A stretch of 64,000 nucleotides of DNA from Macrostomum lignano (lineage: Eukaryota), in contig NIVC01002088.1 in NCBI GenBank assembly GCA_002269645.1, positions 124,001 through 188,000 of the forward strand, read 5' to 3'. Position 1 is the stretch's first letter. Each line of letters begins with the position of its first letter. Both the position numbers and the translations under genes were made by a program. Positions 33,998-45,504 of this stretch are shown here, in pieces. Below the pieces are notes generated by a model. It was not told where the DNA came from, did no database searches, and was given only the letters and a program-made list of their open reading frames with translations.

Positions 33998-36952
33998 ATG
34001 GCAAGCGACAATTCCTCAACAGAAGCGCCGCGGATCAGCGTATCGCCGCCAGATCAATTCCTGCCGCAGCCAGGCCGACCGACGAGGCCGTGGAAAGAGT
34101 GGAAATCTCTGTTTGACAATTACCTGCTGGCGGCCGGTTATGACACTCTGCCGGAGGCGAGGAGGCGTGCGCTGCTGCTGCACTGCCTGGGCGCTGAAGG
34201 CCAGCGAGTCTTCACGGCTGTGGCGGCAACGAGGACTCCGGCTCCGACAGGATTCGCTGCGACAATCGCGATTCTGGACGAGCAGTTCGGGGTCAAAGTC
34301 AACGTGGTGGCCGAGCGCCACAAGTTTCGGCAGCGCAGTCAGCGTCCCGGTGAAAAGATTGCGGACTTTGTGGCGGCCCTGTATGCTCTAGCTGGCTCAT
34401 GTGAGTTCCACGACATGATGGAAGAAATGATTCGGGACCAGATCGTGGAGAAGGTCAGCGACAGGCGAATTCGAGAGCGCCTGCTGATTGAGGACGGTCT
34501 GACCCTGCAGAAGGCCGTGACTCTGAGCCAGCAGTGGGAGACCAGCATCGCCGAGGCCGGCGTGATCGAGATGGGAGGCGCAGCTGCTTCCGGAGCCCAG
34601 CTGGGAGAAGAGGTGAAGAGAGTCCGACTGCAAGCCGACAGGAAAGATGGAGGTCAGAGGCGATCAGCGGATCGCGAGCGCTGCTCGAAGTGCGGAGGCG
34701 GACACACCAGCCGAACTCGCTGTCCAGCTGAAGGCAAGATGTGCCATGTCTGCGGTCGGGCGAACCATTTCGGCCGGGTTTGCCGGTCGCAGGGAGCCAA
34801 GGTCGCCGAGGTCGTGGACGATAGCGACCACGCCGTGTACACAGTTCGCGGTGCCGCCAGCGCCGACATCCGCTGCCGGCTGAAGGTGCAAGGCACCTGG
34901 CTGAATCTGCTCGTGGACTCTGGAGCCAAGGTGTCCATCCTGTCGGAAAAGACCTTCAGAAAGCTCGGAAACCGGGTGCCACTGCAGCCGTCGACCAAGA
35001 AGCTAATCGCGTACAACGGCGAGGCGATCAGTGTAGTGGGCGAGGCAGTGCTTTCCGTCAACTACCGAGACCAGCAGGTGCCGTTTTTCTGCTTCACTGT
35101 GGTGCAACAAGGCTCCGATATCATGGGCGCGGACTTGATGCAGCACCTCAACTTCCAGGTGGTGGACAGGGACGGCGACCTGGTGCGCACAGTCGATAAA
35201 ACAGCAGAGCTGCCGACCTGGCTTCCCGAGCGCTTCAAGCCTCTGGCGCAGGGGCTCGGGCGGATCCGAGGATTCGAGCACCGGCCCAGGCTGAACCCGG
35301 CCGTGCCTCCGGTAGCGCAGCCGCTCCGCCGTATTCCACTCAGCATTAAGGACAAGGTCCAGGCGGAGATCGACCAGCTGTTGGCAGACGACATCGTCGA
35401 GGAGATCCAAGCTTCCGAGTGGATTTCGAACCTGGTGATCGTCCCGAAGCCCGAAGGTAAAATCAGAATCTGCAACGACCTCAGGTGTCCAAACAAGGCT
35501 ATAGTGCCGGATAAGCAGCCGCTGCCAACTTTCGAGGAGCTGACGACGGAGTTCAAGGGCTCGACCGTGTTCACTAAGCTCGATTTGAACTCGTCGTACC
35601 TGCAGCTGGAACTGGCGGAAGACCGGCGGGACCTAACGGCCTTCATCACGGAGAAAGGCCTTTACCGGTACAAGCGCGTCTGCTACGGCCTTAACAGCGC
35701 TCCAGCAGCCTTTCAGAAGGTGCTTAGTAAGATTATCCACGGCTGTTTGGGGACGCTGCACTACATTGATGATATCGTTGTGCATGCTGCCAACGAGACG
35801 GAGCACCGGCGGCGGCTCACGGCAGTGCTGGACCGGCTGCTCGCCCATGGCGTAACGCTTAACACCGCCAAGTGCCAGTGGGCTGCAGAGTCCGTGCAGT
35901 TTCTGGGCTACATCGTCTCGGCGAGAGGCCTTCAGCCGATGCAGTCCAATGTGGAAGCCATCGAAGCGGTGCCGGAGCCTCAGAACACCGAGGCGGTGGC
36001 CTCATTTCTCGGAATGGTAAAGTTTTACTCGAACTTCCTACACAACCTATCCGACATCGCCGAGCCGCTGCTGCAGCTACTTCGCAAGGACCAGCCTTGG
36101 AACTGGACAGCGGACTGCCAGAAGGCCTTTTGGAGGCTTAAGAAAATGGTAGTGTCTCCAACGTGCCTGCGATTCTTCTGTCCCGACGACAAGATAATCG
36201 TGGCCTGCGACAGCTCTGCGCACGCTCTGGGTGCCGTGTTGATGCAAGAAGACAGCGCTGGCGTTCTCAAGCCAGTTGCTTTCGCGTCGAGGACTCTGTC
36301 GGCGACCGAGCGCAAGTACTCCGCGTCAGAAAGAGAGGCGCTGGCATGTATCTTCGCCTGCGAGCGTTGGCACTACTTCCTGTTCGGCCGGAGATTCGAA
36401 CTGCACACCGATCACCAGGCTCTGACGACGCTGCTGACGGCTCAAGGCAGCGGCCACCGACCTTTGCGGCTGCACCGATGGGCCGACCGCCTGCTCGCGT
36501 ACGACTTCCAAGTGTGCCACGTTCCCGGCAAGAAGAACATCGTGCCCGACTTTTTGTCACGCCATGGCGCTTTCGGAGAAGATTGCGCTGAAGATCCGAC
36601 CGAGCACCAGGTGAATGCCGTATTGTTATCGGGCGCGTTGGAGGTTGTCAGCGCAAGCGAGTTGGCCGAGGCATCCCTGCAGGACCCGGTAATAAGCGAA
36701 GTGATAGCTCTGACGCTCCAGGGGTGGCCGAGCTCCATCAAGCATCTGCGGTCGGAGTTGCAGCCGTTCTGGAGGATCCGAATGCAGCTGACGGCCTGGA
36801 ATGACGGCAAGTGCCGGCACTCGAGCGGTGATCCCCGCATCCCTGAGGGAGAAGACGCTGCAGCTGGCACACTTCGGACACCTCGGCGTGAGCAGAATGA
36901 AGCAGCACTGTCGGGACGCCGTCTGGTGGCCGCAAATCGACCAGCACATTGA
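33998..36952 (+). CDS. Gag-protease-RT-RNaseH polyprotein of the LTR element
   Basis: Two zinc knuckles (CSKCGGGH..C; CHVCGRANHFGRVC), protease LLVDSGA, RT YIDD, RNaseH CDSS...E.EAL...TDH..L. Confidence 0.95.
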   Translation: MASDNSSTEAPRISVSPPDQFLPQPGRPTRPWKEWKSLFDNYLLAAGYDTLPEARRRALLLHCLGAEGQRVFTAVAATRTPAPTGFAATIAILDEQFGVKVNVVAERHKFRQRSQRPGEKIADFVAALYALAGSCEFHDMMEEMIRDQIVEKVSDRRIRERLLIEDGLTLQKAVTLSQQWETSIAEAGVIEMGGAAASGAQLGEEVKRVRLQADRKDGGQRRSADRERCSKCGGGHTSRTRCPAEGKMCHVCGRANHFGRVCRSQGAKVAEVVDDSDHAVYTVRGAASADIRCRLKVQGTWLNLLVDSGAKVSILSEKTFRKLGNRVPLQPSTKKLIAYNGEAISVVGEAVLSVNYRDQQVPFFCFTVVQQGSDIMGADLMQHLNFQVVDRDGDLVRTVDKTAELPTWLPERFKPLAQGLGRIRGFEHRPRLNPAVPPVAQPLRRIPLSIKDKVQAEIDQLLADDIVEEIQASEWISNLVIVPKPEGKIRICNDLRCPNKAIVPDKQPLPTFEELTTEFKGSTVFTKLDLNSSYLQLELAEDRRDLTAFITEKGLYRYKRVCYGLNSAPAAFQKVLSKIIHGCLGTLHYIDDIVVHAANETEHRRRLTAVLDRLLAHGVTLNTAKCQWAAESVQFLGYIVSARGLQPMQSNVEAIEAVPEPQNTEAVASFLGMVKFYSNFLHNLSDIAEPLLQLLRKDQPWNWTADCQKAFWRLKKMVVSPTCLRFFCPDDKIIVACDSSAHALGAVLMQEDSAGVLKPVAFASRTLSATERKYSASEREALACIFACERWHYFLFGRRFELHTDHQALTTLLTAQGSGHRPLRLHRWADRLLAYDFQVCHVPGKKNIVPDFLSRHGAFGEDCAEDPTEHQVNAVLLSGALEVVSASELAEASLQDPVISEVIALTLQGWPSSIKHLRSELQPFWRIRMQLTAWNDGKCRHSSGDPRIPEGEDAAAGTLRTPRREQNEAALSGRRLVAANRPAH

Positions 36953-37979
36953 GGAGTTCGTGCGGCACTGTGAGGCCTGTCTGCTAAGCGAGAAGAATTT
37001 CAAGCCATCCAAGACGGTTCTGACCCCGACAAAGTGGCCGACGCGTCCATGGGAGGAGCTTCAGCTAGACATCTTTGGGGAGCTGCACTCGGCTCCGAAC
37101 TCCTGCCGCTTCATCCTGGTGCTGTACGACTTGCACTCAAAGTGGCCGGAGGCTGCCTGCATGTCAACCATCACAAGCGCTGATGTCATCGACGCCTTGA
37201 CAACGTGGTTTAGTCGTTGGGGGCTGCCGAAGAGTATCAACACAGATGGAGGGCCTCAGTTCGTGTCCGGTGATTTCGAGGATTTTCTCCGGCGCTGTGG
37301 CATCCAGCATCGGCAGTCGCCGCACTACCACCCTCAGGGCAACGCGGCGGTGGAGCGTTTCAACCGGTTTCTCAAGGACGGCCTCAAGACGCACTTGGAG
37401 GAGGGCTATGACTTTAAGGACGCGGTGAAGGCACTGCTGTGGTCGTACAGAGCCACCCCGCATGCACTGACTGGAGTTTCGCCGGCGGAGCTGATGACAG
37501 GCCGGAAGATCAGCACTCCCCTGACAGCCCTACAGCCAAGGACGGCAGCGCGGCACAGACTGGCGGCCGGCATCAAGCGGAAACAGCAGCGAGTTTTCAA
37601 CCAGCTCAACTCGACCAGGAGACCCCCGCCGACTTTCATGGTCGGCGACTGGGTGCAGGTGAAGCGGCCGTTCGCCCGGGGCAAGCTAAGCAGCCGCCTG
37701 TCCGAGCCTCGTGAGATCTCCCGGATCGCGAGCGCCACCACCGTCATCCTCAATGATGGCTCCCGCTGGCACGTCGACAATTGTGTTCGAGTGCCGCGGC
37801 CCGCCGGAGCGCTGCCACACTGGCCCGCGACGGCTTCCAGCGCGGCGGCGATTCCGGCGGAGGCGGCGGCGGAGGCGGCAGAGCCAGCGCGGCCGCAGCA
37901 GACAGCCCAGACTGCGGTTCGAGGGAGCACGAGGACGCGAGCGCCTCCACAGTGGTACGGGGAAATTGTGACGCATTAA
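36801..37979 (+). CDS. Integrase of the LTR element, out of frame with upstream pol near 36805
   Basis: HFGH...CEAC zinc finger; catalytic LQLDIFG, INTDGGPQF, VERFNR. Confidence 0.93.
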   Translation: MTASAGTRAVIPASLREKTLQLAHFGHLGVSRMKQHCRDAVWWPQIDQHIEEFVRHCEACLLSEKNFKPSKTVLTPTKWPTRPWEELQLDIFGELHSAPNSCRFILVLYDLHSKWPEAACMSTITSADVIDALTTWFSRWGLPKSINTDGGPQFVSGDFEDFLRRCGIQHRQSPHYHPQGNAAVERFNRFLKDGLKTHLEEGYDFKDAVKALLWSYRATPHALTGVSPAELMTGRKISTPLTALQPRTAARHRLAAGIKRKQQRVFNQLNSTRRPPPTFMVGDWVQVKRPFARGKLSSRLSEPREISRIASATTVILNDGSRWHVDNCVRVPRPAGALPHWPATASSAAAIPAEAAAEAAEPARPQQTAQTAVRGSTRTRAPPQWYGEIVTH

Positions 37980-39160
37980 CTGATTTATTAGTGACTGCTA
38001 ACTGACTTTCTCACGAACGATGTGCATTTGAAGCCAAATTAGTTGTTCTCAGACTAATATTGCGATTTAATGCTCAGTGAAATACTCAGTGTGATGATCT
38101 ACTTTTATTCCTTCGATGCTCAGTCATGCGCTTTTATTCCTTGTTCAATATTTCGACGAATTCGGTTTTCGCGATTCCACTAATCGGAAGGGAAGGTGAA
38201 TGTTGTGTTGCTACTCAATGTGTGTGTGTAGTTGTGTGTACGTTCGTTGTACATCTGTTAGCTATCGATCGCATTACAATATATGATATATAAGTGAGAG
38301 CGCGTTGAGTTTGAGAGCTTGAGAGTTTCGCCTACAAACTTGCAGACTGGCTGGCTTATTCATTATACAACACTAAGAACCACATATCGAAAGAAACTGA
38401 AAATGCACAGTCAGCTCAACTGAGACAGGGTTAGCTTTTATTCTTTACACGAAACAATCAAACGCACCAGCAACGCGCGTACATGGCAACGAAAAATCAA
38501 AACGAAACAAAACTAAATTCTATAATTTACTTGGCAATTTTATTTTGTACCAATGCAAGGTTGCGATTTTTTAGCATTCTCGGAGGCTTTTTGGAAAACA
38601 GTAACTTCCCTAGACAGTCCATAAATACGAACATTAAATTTTAAAACTCGATAAATGACTCAGAATTTGAAGATTTTGTTGCCACCTCTACGCGAGATCC
38701 GTCCACGAGCTGACAGCTGAAGACCGAGAGTTTGTGGGCGCCGTTGAGGCTGCTGCTGCTGTGTCAGTCCTCCAAGGTTCGTACAAAACCTGTCGGGAAG
38801 CATTGAGAACTCAAACTAGCAATAAATTTGCAAAGCATTGCCCGCTAAAAGAACACTAAACTAACTTCGCCAAAGATTTCAGAACGCTTGATTTCATTGG
38901 CTGACGCGATTCACATGTGAATCAGCGTGTACAGGTTTCTTTTCACAAAACATTTACTCGTATTGAATAGAAACCATTGCTAAACCTATTCGAAGTTATC
39001 GTTAGAGTAACTTCGAAAAAAATCGGTAAGCGAACTACGTGTGAAGTTGGATCAAAGTACTTGCAATCACCGCAAACTTCTACCTTTAAATGTCCCTGTC
39101 CACCTTAGGCGACGTCCCTCGCAATCACTAAGTTCTATAATTTGATCTCAGCGCACATAC

Positions 39161-41535
39161 CTAATCTGCTCGCAGTAGAGAGCAAGTCCAGACATACCTA
39201 GTCGGCTGCTGTAGCTGCTGCTGCTGCTTTTGTTGCCGGGCGCCGCCAGGCAGCAGGTCAGTCGTTAGGCTGGCGCAGAGGCCAGAGACCAGATCCCCGG
39301 GCTCCGGGTCCATCGGCAGCCGTGAAGCCTCTAGCCAGGCCAGAATCGACGAGTCGGCGTCAGTCATGGAGTCGAGAGCCGCAGCGCCAGACTCGCTTGG
39401 CAGCACAAGCTCGGCAGGCACTGCAGGCCGCAGTAGCAGACAGCCGCCTGGACTGTCGACAGTCAAGTAAAACAGCGGTCTAATCTGCGGGGCCTTAGGC
39501 GACGGCGGCTCCAGCCGGACCAGCAAAGCGAGCCGGTCAGTCAGCAGGCGCTGCAATAGCCTGTCAAAGTGAGCCACATTGCTGGAAAGCTGGTCCCAGT
39601 CGAGGCGCCAGCAGGCGGTGGGCCGCAGCCTGACTGGCGCACCCATGGTACATAGCAGTGGACAGATGCCAATTTTGGGCAGGCGCCACACAGCACGCAG
39701 CTGGCAGACGCTGGCCGATTCAGGTGGACGCTGACGAGCAGGCAGCGCCCGGCAGACCGGTTGCAGGCTGAACAAGTCCGGAGCACTCGACTGTGTCAGA
39801 GCCTGCGCAAAGGGAAACTGGCTCACTGTAGCCCTAATTGAGTGAGTGTATCTTCAATAAAACTTTATATTCTTTTTCATTTTTAGCCTAACCTTTGAAC
39901 TTTTCCCAGAATCCAATTTTTTACCGTTTAGAAGTGCTCACTCTTTAAGATGAGAATCTGAATGAGAATGAGAATGAGAATGAGAATCTTTAGAAATTAA
40001 GTGAAGAATGGTCTAAATGTACGAGTCTTTATATTCACGCGTATATTTGAGTCTACATGCAGAGCAGCTTGTGAAACCCACCACAGAGTTGAATGTGCAG
40101 CGCATTCGTACATGTAATTTCGCCATGGCGTAATAAGTTTAAAATCTTACAATCCTTCCTGACCTGTGGATTAACGATGGCCTCCTGTGCATCCAACAGA
40201 AGCTGCAGTCCACAGGGGAGCAGCAGCTTGACAGCAACAGTTTCTGTCCCGGAGTCGATCAGCCAGGCGGATGAAGCCAGGCCGAGCTGCTCGTAGCCGA
40301 CCTGCAGTCGCCGCACGAGCACGCCGGGGCAGCTGTCGGCCGCGGCATCCGCTGCTGTGGACTGCAGCCTCTCAGCGGCCGGATCCGGCGCCAGCAGAAC
40401 GCGAAATCTGCGAAGCCTGCAAATACCGGACGCAAGAACGGCTGCGCTGGCCTGCTGAGCAGCCTGCGACACGCGACTAATCAGAGTCAGCTCGCACGGG
40501 AGCTGCTGCAGGCGGGCTGGAAGGCGAGCCTGCGGCGGGTGTTTGTTTTAACCGAAGTTTGAAATTAGTCCTAATTTTTTTAGAACATAACTAAGAGTAG
40601 GGGAGGCAGAGTAATACAGTAACTAACGCGTCTGGCTCTATCGTCAAAGCACCTGCTGGGTTCAGTTCCGTGCACGACGGCACTCATTTGGGGCTTCGTA
40701 CACGACAATTGACTTCGGGCTTGACGTTCGATTCTCGCTAATGAAGGCCAAGCCCCAAGGCTTACAGAATGTGTACATGCCTGACAATGAAAAAAGTCAG
40801 AGCCGCTGAACATCTTGCATGACTATGTATGCCTGCGTACGTATGCGTTTGGTTGTTCAGGGGTCTGCGGCAGCGCCCGAAGGCCCGATCATGGCAAGAT
40901 CTTTAAATTGAAATGCAATATTTAAAAGCCACTCTGCTGTCTCACTTTGTTTATCGTGCTTTTATTATTAAAGCTAAAAATACGCTCCGGAATCAGTGAA
41001 TTTTTTGCATATTTTTGCATCGCTAAATAAACACTCGAGTCTAATCTAAAAAACTACCAGTGCGAAACCATCTTGTACACACACTATCTATAAGATATTC
41101 GCCTCACTTTTATTTTCTAGTAGACATCTATTCTGACAGGCATAAAGGACTCACCTGCTGAGCCGCGGCCATTTGCAGCGCTTCGGCCACTGGACTGCCG
41201 CCTGCCGGCCTTTGGCTTGACACGTCCTGGTCATACAGCACCGCGATATCGTTCAGCAGGTTGGCTAGAGCGGCCAGCTGCGAAGCCGACGGGGCCGATG
41301 GGAGGGCAAGGCGGGCACCCAACTGACCGATTACTATGATGCACAGAGCCGGCACTGGGCACCGGGGACCCGGCATGCGGAGCGCCAGAGCAAGCGTGTG
41401 CAGCGCGGAACGCAGCAACCGTTGCAATAACAGAGGGCTCATGCGCTCGCGCGTGTCTAGCAGCAGAAATTGAACCGGCTGCGACGGGAGCAGGGGACGC
41501 AGGCCCGCAGAGCTAACAGTGCGCGGCGGTTGGAA
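39161..41535 (-). CDS. M1AP: Meiosis 1 arrest protein orthologue; first exon uncertain (candidate 43076-43035)
   Basis: In-phase exons 41535-41155, 40529-40164, ~39802-39161. The segment GAPVRLRPTACWRLDWDQLSSNVAHF...LLVRLEPP...FYL...LLLRPAVPAELVLP matches the M1AP motif LRPT.CW.LDWD.L..N..HF as recalled. The N-terminal QFLLLD...GP..CELTLIS...RLRRFRV also aligns. Confidence 0.85.
40600..40880 (+). mobile_element. Degenerate SINE copy, same family as 5995-6330 and 52137, in an M1AP intron
   Basis: ccccaagg...gtgtacatgcctgacaatga...agtcagagccgctgaaca...tgcctgcgtacgtatgcg. Confidence 0.55.
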
Positions 41536-44500
41536 CTGCAGAGAAATAAGGCAGCGTAAGCGTAAGTAAGGTTTAAGTGAACAATGATAAAGAGTTAAGT
41601 GGTGGAGTACTGTGTTTGGAATAGCAGGCTTTTATTTATAATGAGGCTTTTCTTTGTATAGTCTCATACAGTGTAATTAATAGCTTAAACAATAGTAACC
41701 ATGGTGGTTATTTTTACTTCATTTGCAAAGTCAAGATTGTTTAGAAAAACTAATGGACAAAAAAGCTGGTAGTTTGAGTACAACTAATGATAAGGAAGCA
41801 GAATTGTTTCAAATAAATTTTACCGTAGATATACCTGCTATTTTAACCCTGTTGCTCTTTATAGAATGCTATATATAGATATACGAGTATTACACTATTT
41901 TTTCAAGCATAGCCCATTTGCAGACTTATGGCCTATACTTTAACATTTTTAATTCATTAATTGATTCTTTCTAAATATGCAAGGACAGATTGGATTTAAA
42001 AAATTGTAGAAAACTGATTTTTGAATAATTCTATTCATCCTATGTAAATTATTAATAAGTAAATAGAAAAGCAAAATTCATACTAGACCTGCGCTATTAT
42101 GCATTTAATAAAAAGCATAGTTAGCATGTTCTTCTTGCCAATTTTTCCCAACTATAATCTAGCTATGTTTCATTTTGGAAAAGACTAGTTCAACTGATTT
42201 TTAAAGCTTCCTAAAATCTATGCTAAAACTAAGCTAAAACTAAGGATAAATACTAATCATTTATAATTCGGCCTTTAAAGTTTAATTTAGACGCATTTAC
42301 TCAAATAAGTAATAAAAAGTTAAACTTCAGCTGAATACAAATTCAGTAGTTTGTTGCATTTATAATGCCCATTTTATGCTTATTTGACAAATTTCAAGGT
42401 TTTGGGTGAATTTGGATGAAAAAGCACCTCTGTTACTTTTTAAACTATATAATATAATACAAATTGATTATATCAATCATAGCACAGTCACAACTTTACA
42501 ACCCTAAATTTCCAAAGTGAAAATGGGAAGTGTGACTTATATAGATAGAAATTCAATTACAAGTGGTACTGTTTATTTAAATTAAGGTTACTAAGTAAAT
42601 TTAAACTAAACAAAATATGTTTCAGAAAGAGAGAAACCTAATTCAGTCCTGTGTAAAAAATCTGGCTTATAATTCAAGTTATCAGGATAAAAATTGCAAC
42701 AATTTTTAAGCAATCCCAAAAGTAATTCTTATCTCTAAATGAATTTTTGAATGATAAGAAGCACCTGAGGCTTAAACTAATTTTAAGTTTATTTAAGCTA
42801 CACCAATTACATTTGTATGAAAGTCATTATTTCTATAGGGTAGCTATTTGCTCAATACAGTAAAGTATTAGTCAATACATGTAAGTAAGTACATGTACAT
42901 CACAGAAACACTGATAGAGGATTATTTAACAAAAATTTGTCCCCATGTGGCACCCAGCTACTGATTTGTCTTCATAAAAATTATATAAATTATTTTGAAT
43001 ACGTATATTTCAAATAAAGAAACTTTTCACGGACTTGATGAAGTCCGCGTCGATCGATCGCGAAATAAGGTGACATTTTTCGAATATGCGTATCGCGTTT
43101 TGTTGAGAAATCAAACAAACCAATTAAAATAGTGTTATAATAAATACTAAAAACTAAAACTGCATACAGTAAAATATAAAATTACCAATTAAATTATTCT
43201 TATTCGCGGATACAATATATTTTGAGACAAGTTGATCATTATTTTCACGACTTGTCGGTTTTGTATTGTAATTGTGTATTGGTGTTATCATTATCATATT
43301 GGTGTATTGTAATTGTGATTTGGTCTACTGAGAAATCCATCTCATTCCAATCTAAAACACTTCATTAGTTGGCTCGTTTTAGAACAAATAACTTTCGTAA
43401 GGGATATGCTGTGTGCGCTAGAAATACACATTTGCGGTAGAACGATATAGTCTGCAACAGATACTTACAGAAAATTCTGTAAGTATTCATACGTGTACAT
43501 GCTACTTGCCGAACAAACTGTAGTTATACTACACTACAGTGATCCTTGTGCATAACTTAATAGTTTTTTTCAGAAAGCCGATGGATTCAAGTGTCATTAT
43601 TGAAGCGATTTATTATTGAAGAGACTGTTGGATATACTAGCTTCTGCTCCTATGTACCTGTACACGGTGTAAAGCATTATTGTAACGTTGCCGTAGTAAA
43701 CGTAAGTCGTACATCACACCAGTTGCACTGAAAAAAACAACTGTCTAATGTCCTCGCAAGAGTTGTGCTTGTACTTCTATATATGTTGTACTAGACTAGA
43801 TATAGCTCGTAGTTGATCGGTACGCTCGTAGCCGTAACAATTCAGACGGTAATGAACGTGGCAAATAAAAAATACATAAGACAACATAAGACAACACTTG
43901 CATGAAAAAGTTCTGATGTATGAATAAATTCATTAAAAAAATTATATTTTAAGCTTCCGAAATTTCTATGTTCAACTGAAACAATACTAGGTTCGCATCA
44001 ATGTATTTTTTCAGAAAAAAAGAAAATCTTATTCATTGTGGTTTTATTGCAATGAATCCCGGATAGCGTAACGCCAAAAAATACCATCTAAGTACAGATG
44101 ACTTTTCAGGACTAAAACAAAGATTTCTAGAATTAGAGTGCGAAGAAAATCCAGAATAAAAAGTGGTGTGAAAATATTGCATAAACTGCTTTACTACAAA
44201 CAGTATTAATTATTGCTATTAATTAGCTGACACGGTGTGCTCAGAATAATCGCCGCAGTTCCTGTAGTGAGGATATACAGTAGCAAAAGTGCCATATAAG
44301 CGCAAGTGTATAACAGAAGGTAACAAATTTTACTAACTACACAGATCGAAGCGAAATAACAAAATAATCATTACAAAATGGATGAATTTGAATAGATTCA
44401 AGTTGACTGGCTGGTTTTAACACCACCACGCGCAAGAAATGTGTCGAGTGCCCGAGGCGGGAGAGCCAAACATGAAGATTTACAGTGTATAGGTATATAG

Positions 44501-45504
44501 GAGCGGCTCTACACAACAATTACAATGATAAAATAAAAAGAAACTAGCATTAGAAAACGATTTGCACGAGACGGCAACCTCGAGCTTCCAATCGGGCAGA
44601 CGCTGCTTCATGGGTGTGAAAGATGAGGAACTCAGAAAAGCAAGGTAGAAACACAAAAAGCATCAAAACAATGCACAGTAAAAGAGAGCAGATTTTAACT
44701 GGCTATTCAAATTTGTCTCACAAAAACGGGAGGACAATCCAGGAATGCAATGCAACAATCATTGCATCGAATCTAGGGCTAGCAGGCTGCAGTCTCAGTA
44801 GCGGGTTACAGTTTATTTAGGTGTTTGAATAAAGCTCCAAACACACAAGAATGAGTAGAGCCTACTCAACCCCCCCCACAAAGTTATAAAAATACGATGG
44901 CTAACAGACAGTGAAAAAAGTACAGAGGGGACATCGAATATCAAATTCGATTATAATAATATTACATTGCACAATAACAAACATTATTGCACTTTCCACA
45001 AACCAAAAATCGACGAACAAATGCCTGCCATCGCAATCTCTACAGAAAACATTTTGACGTGGACACTTATATTTCTTGGCCATGTATACTATCGACACCC
45101 ATAGATGCAGGACTACTTTCACGAAAATTATTGACTTTGTAAACACAGACAGTAACAATTTAATAATCAGAGGGATAAACAACAGTATTCTACGAGCGCG
45201 GCTAAAATAAAGGATAATTCCACGAAGCACAGATCAAATTATATCAAACTACAGATCAAACAGCTACTCGAATATGGCCCGTAAACAGACTCAAATGGAC
45301 TCTAACAGTCTTGTAGAATAATAACAACTCGAGTACAATATACAGTTCATCGCTAAGTAGGACGAGCGGAGCAAGACAAATGGGCTTTAACAACGAATAC
45401 GAGAACAAAATATTTGAAACGACTAAGTCCCCAAAGGTAAATTCCCACTCAATTTTCAGCTTGGATTCAACCGTATCCAACACGGATACTTTGAAAAGTC
45501 GAGT

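Larger units (their letters stand above)
33689..38372 (+). mobile_element. Full-length Ty3/Gypsy (Mag-like) LTR retrotransposon
   Basis: Identical 172-bp LTRs (33689-33860, 38201-38372; TGTTG...CAACA), 5-bp TSD CTAAG, PBS-like TGGCGTCGC at 33862, polypurine tract 38187-38200. Confidence 0.98.

Noticed and set aside
34016-38005. Many overlapping and antisense ORFs within the retroelement
   Set aside because: Shadow ORFs of GC-rich gag-pol with no independent motifs
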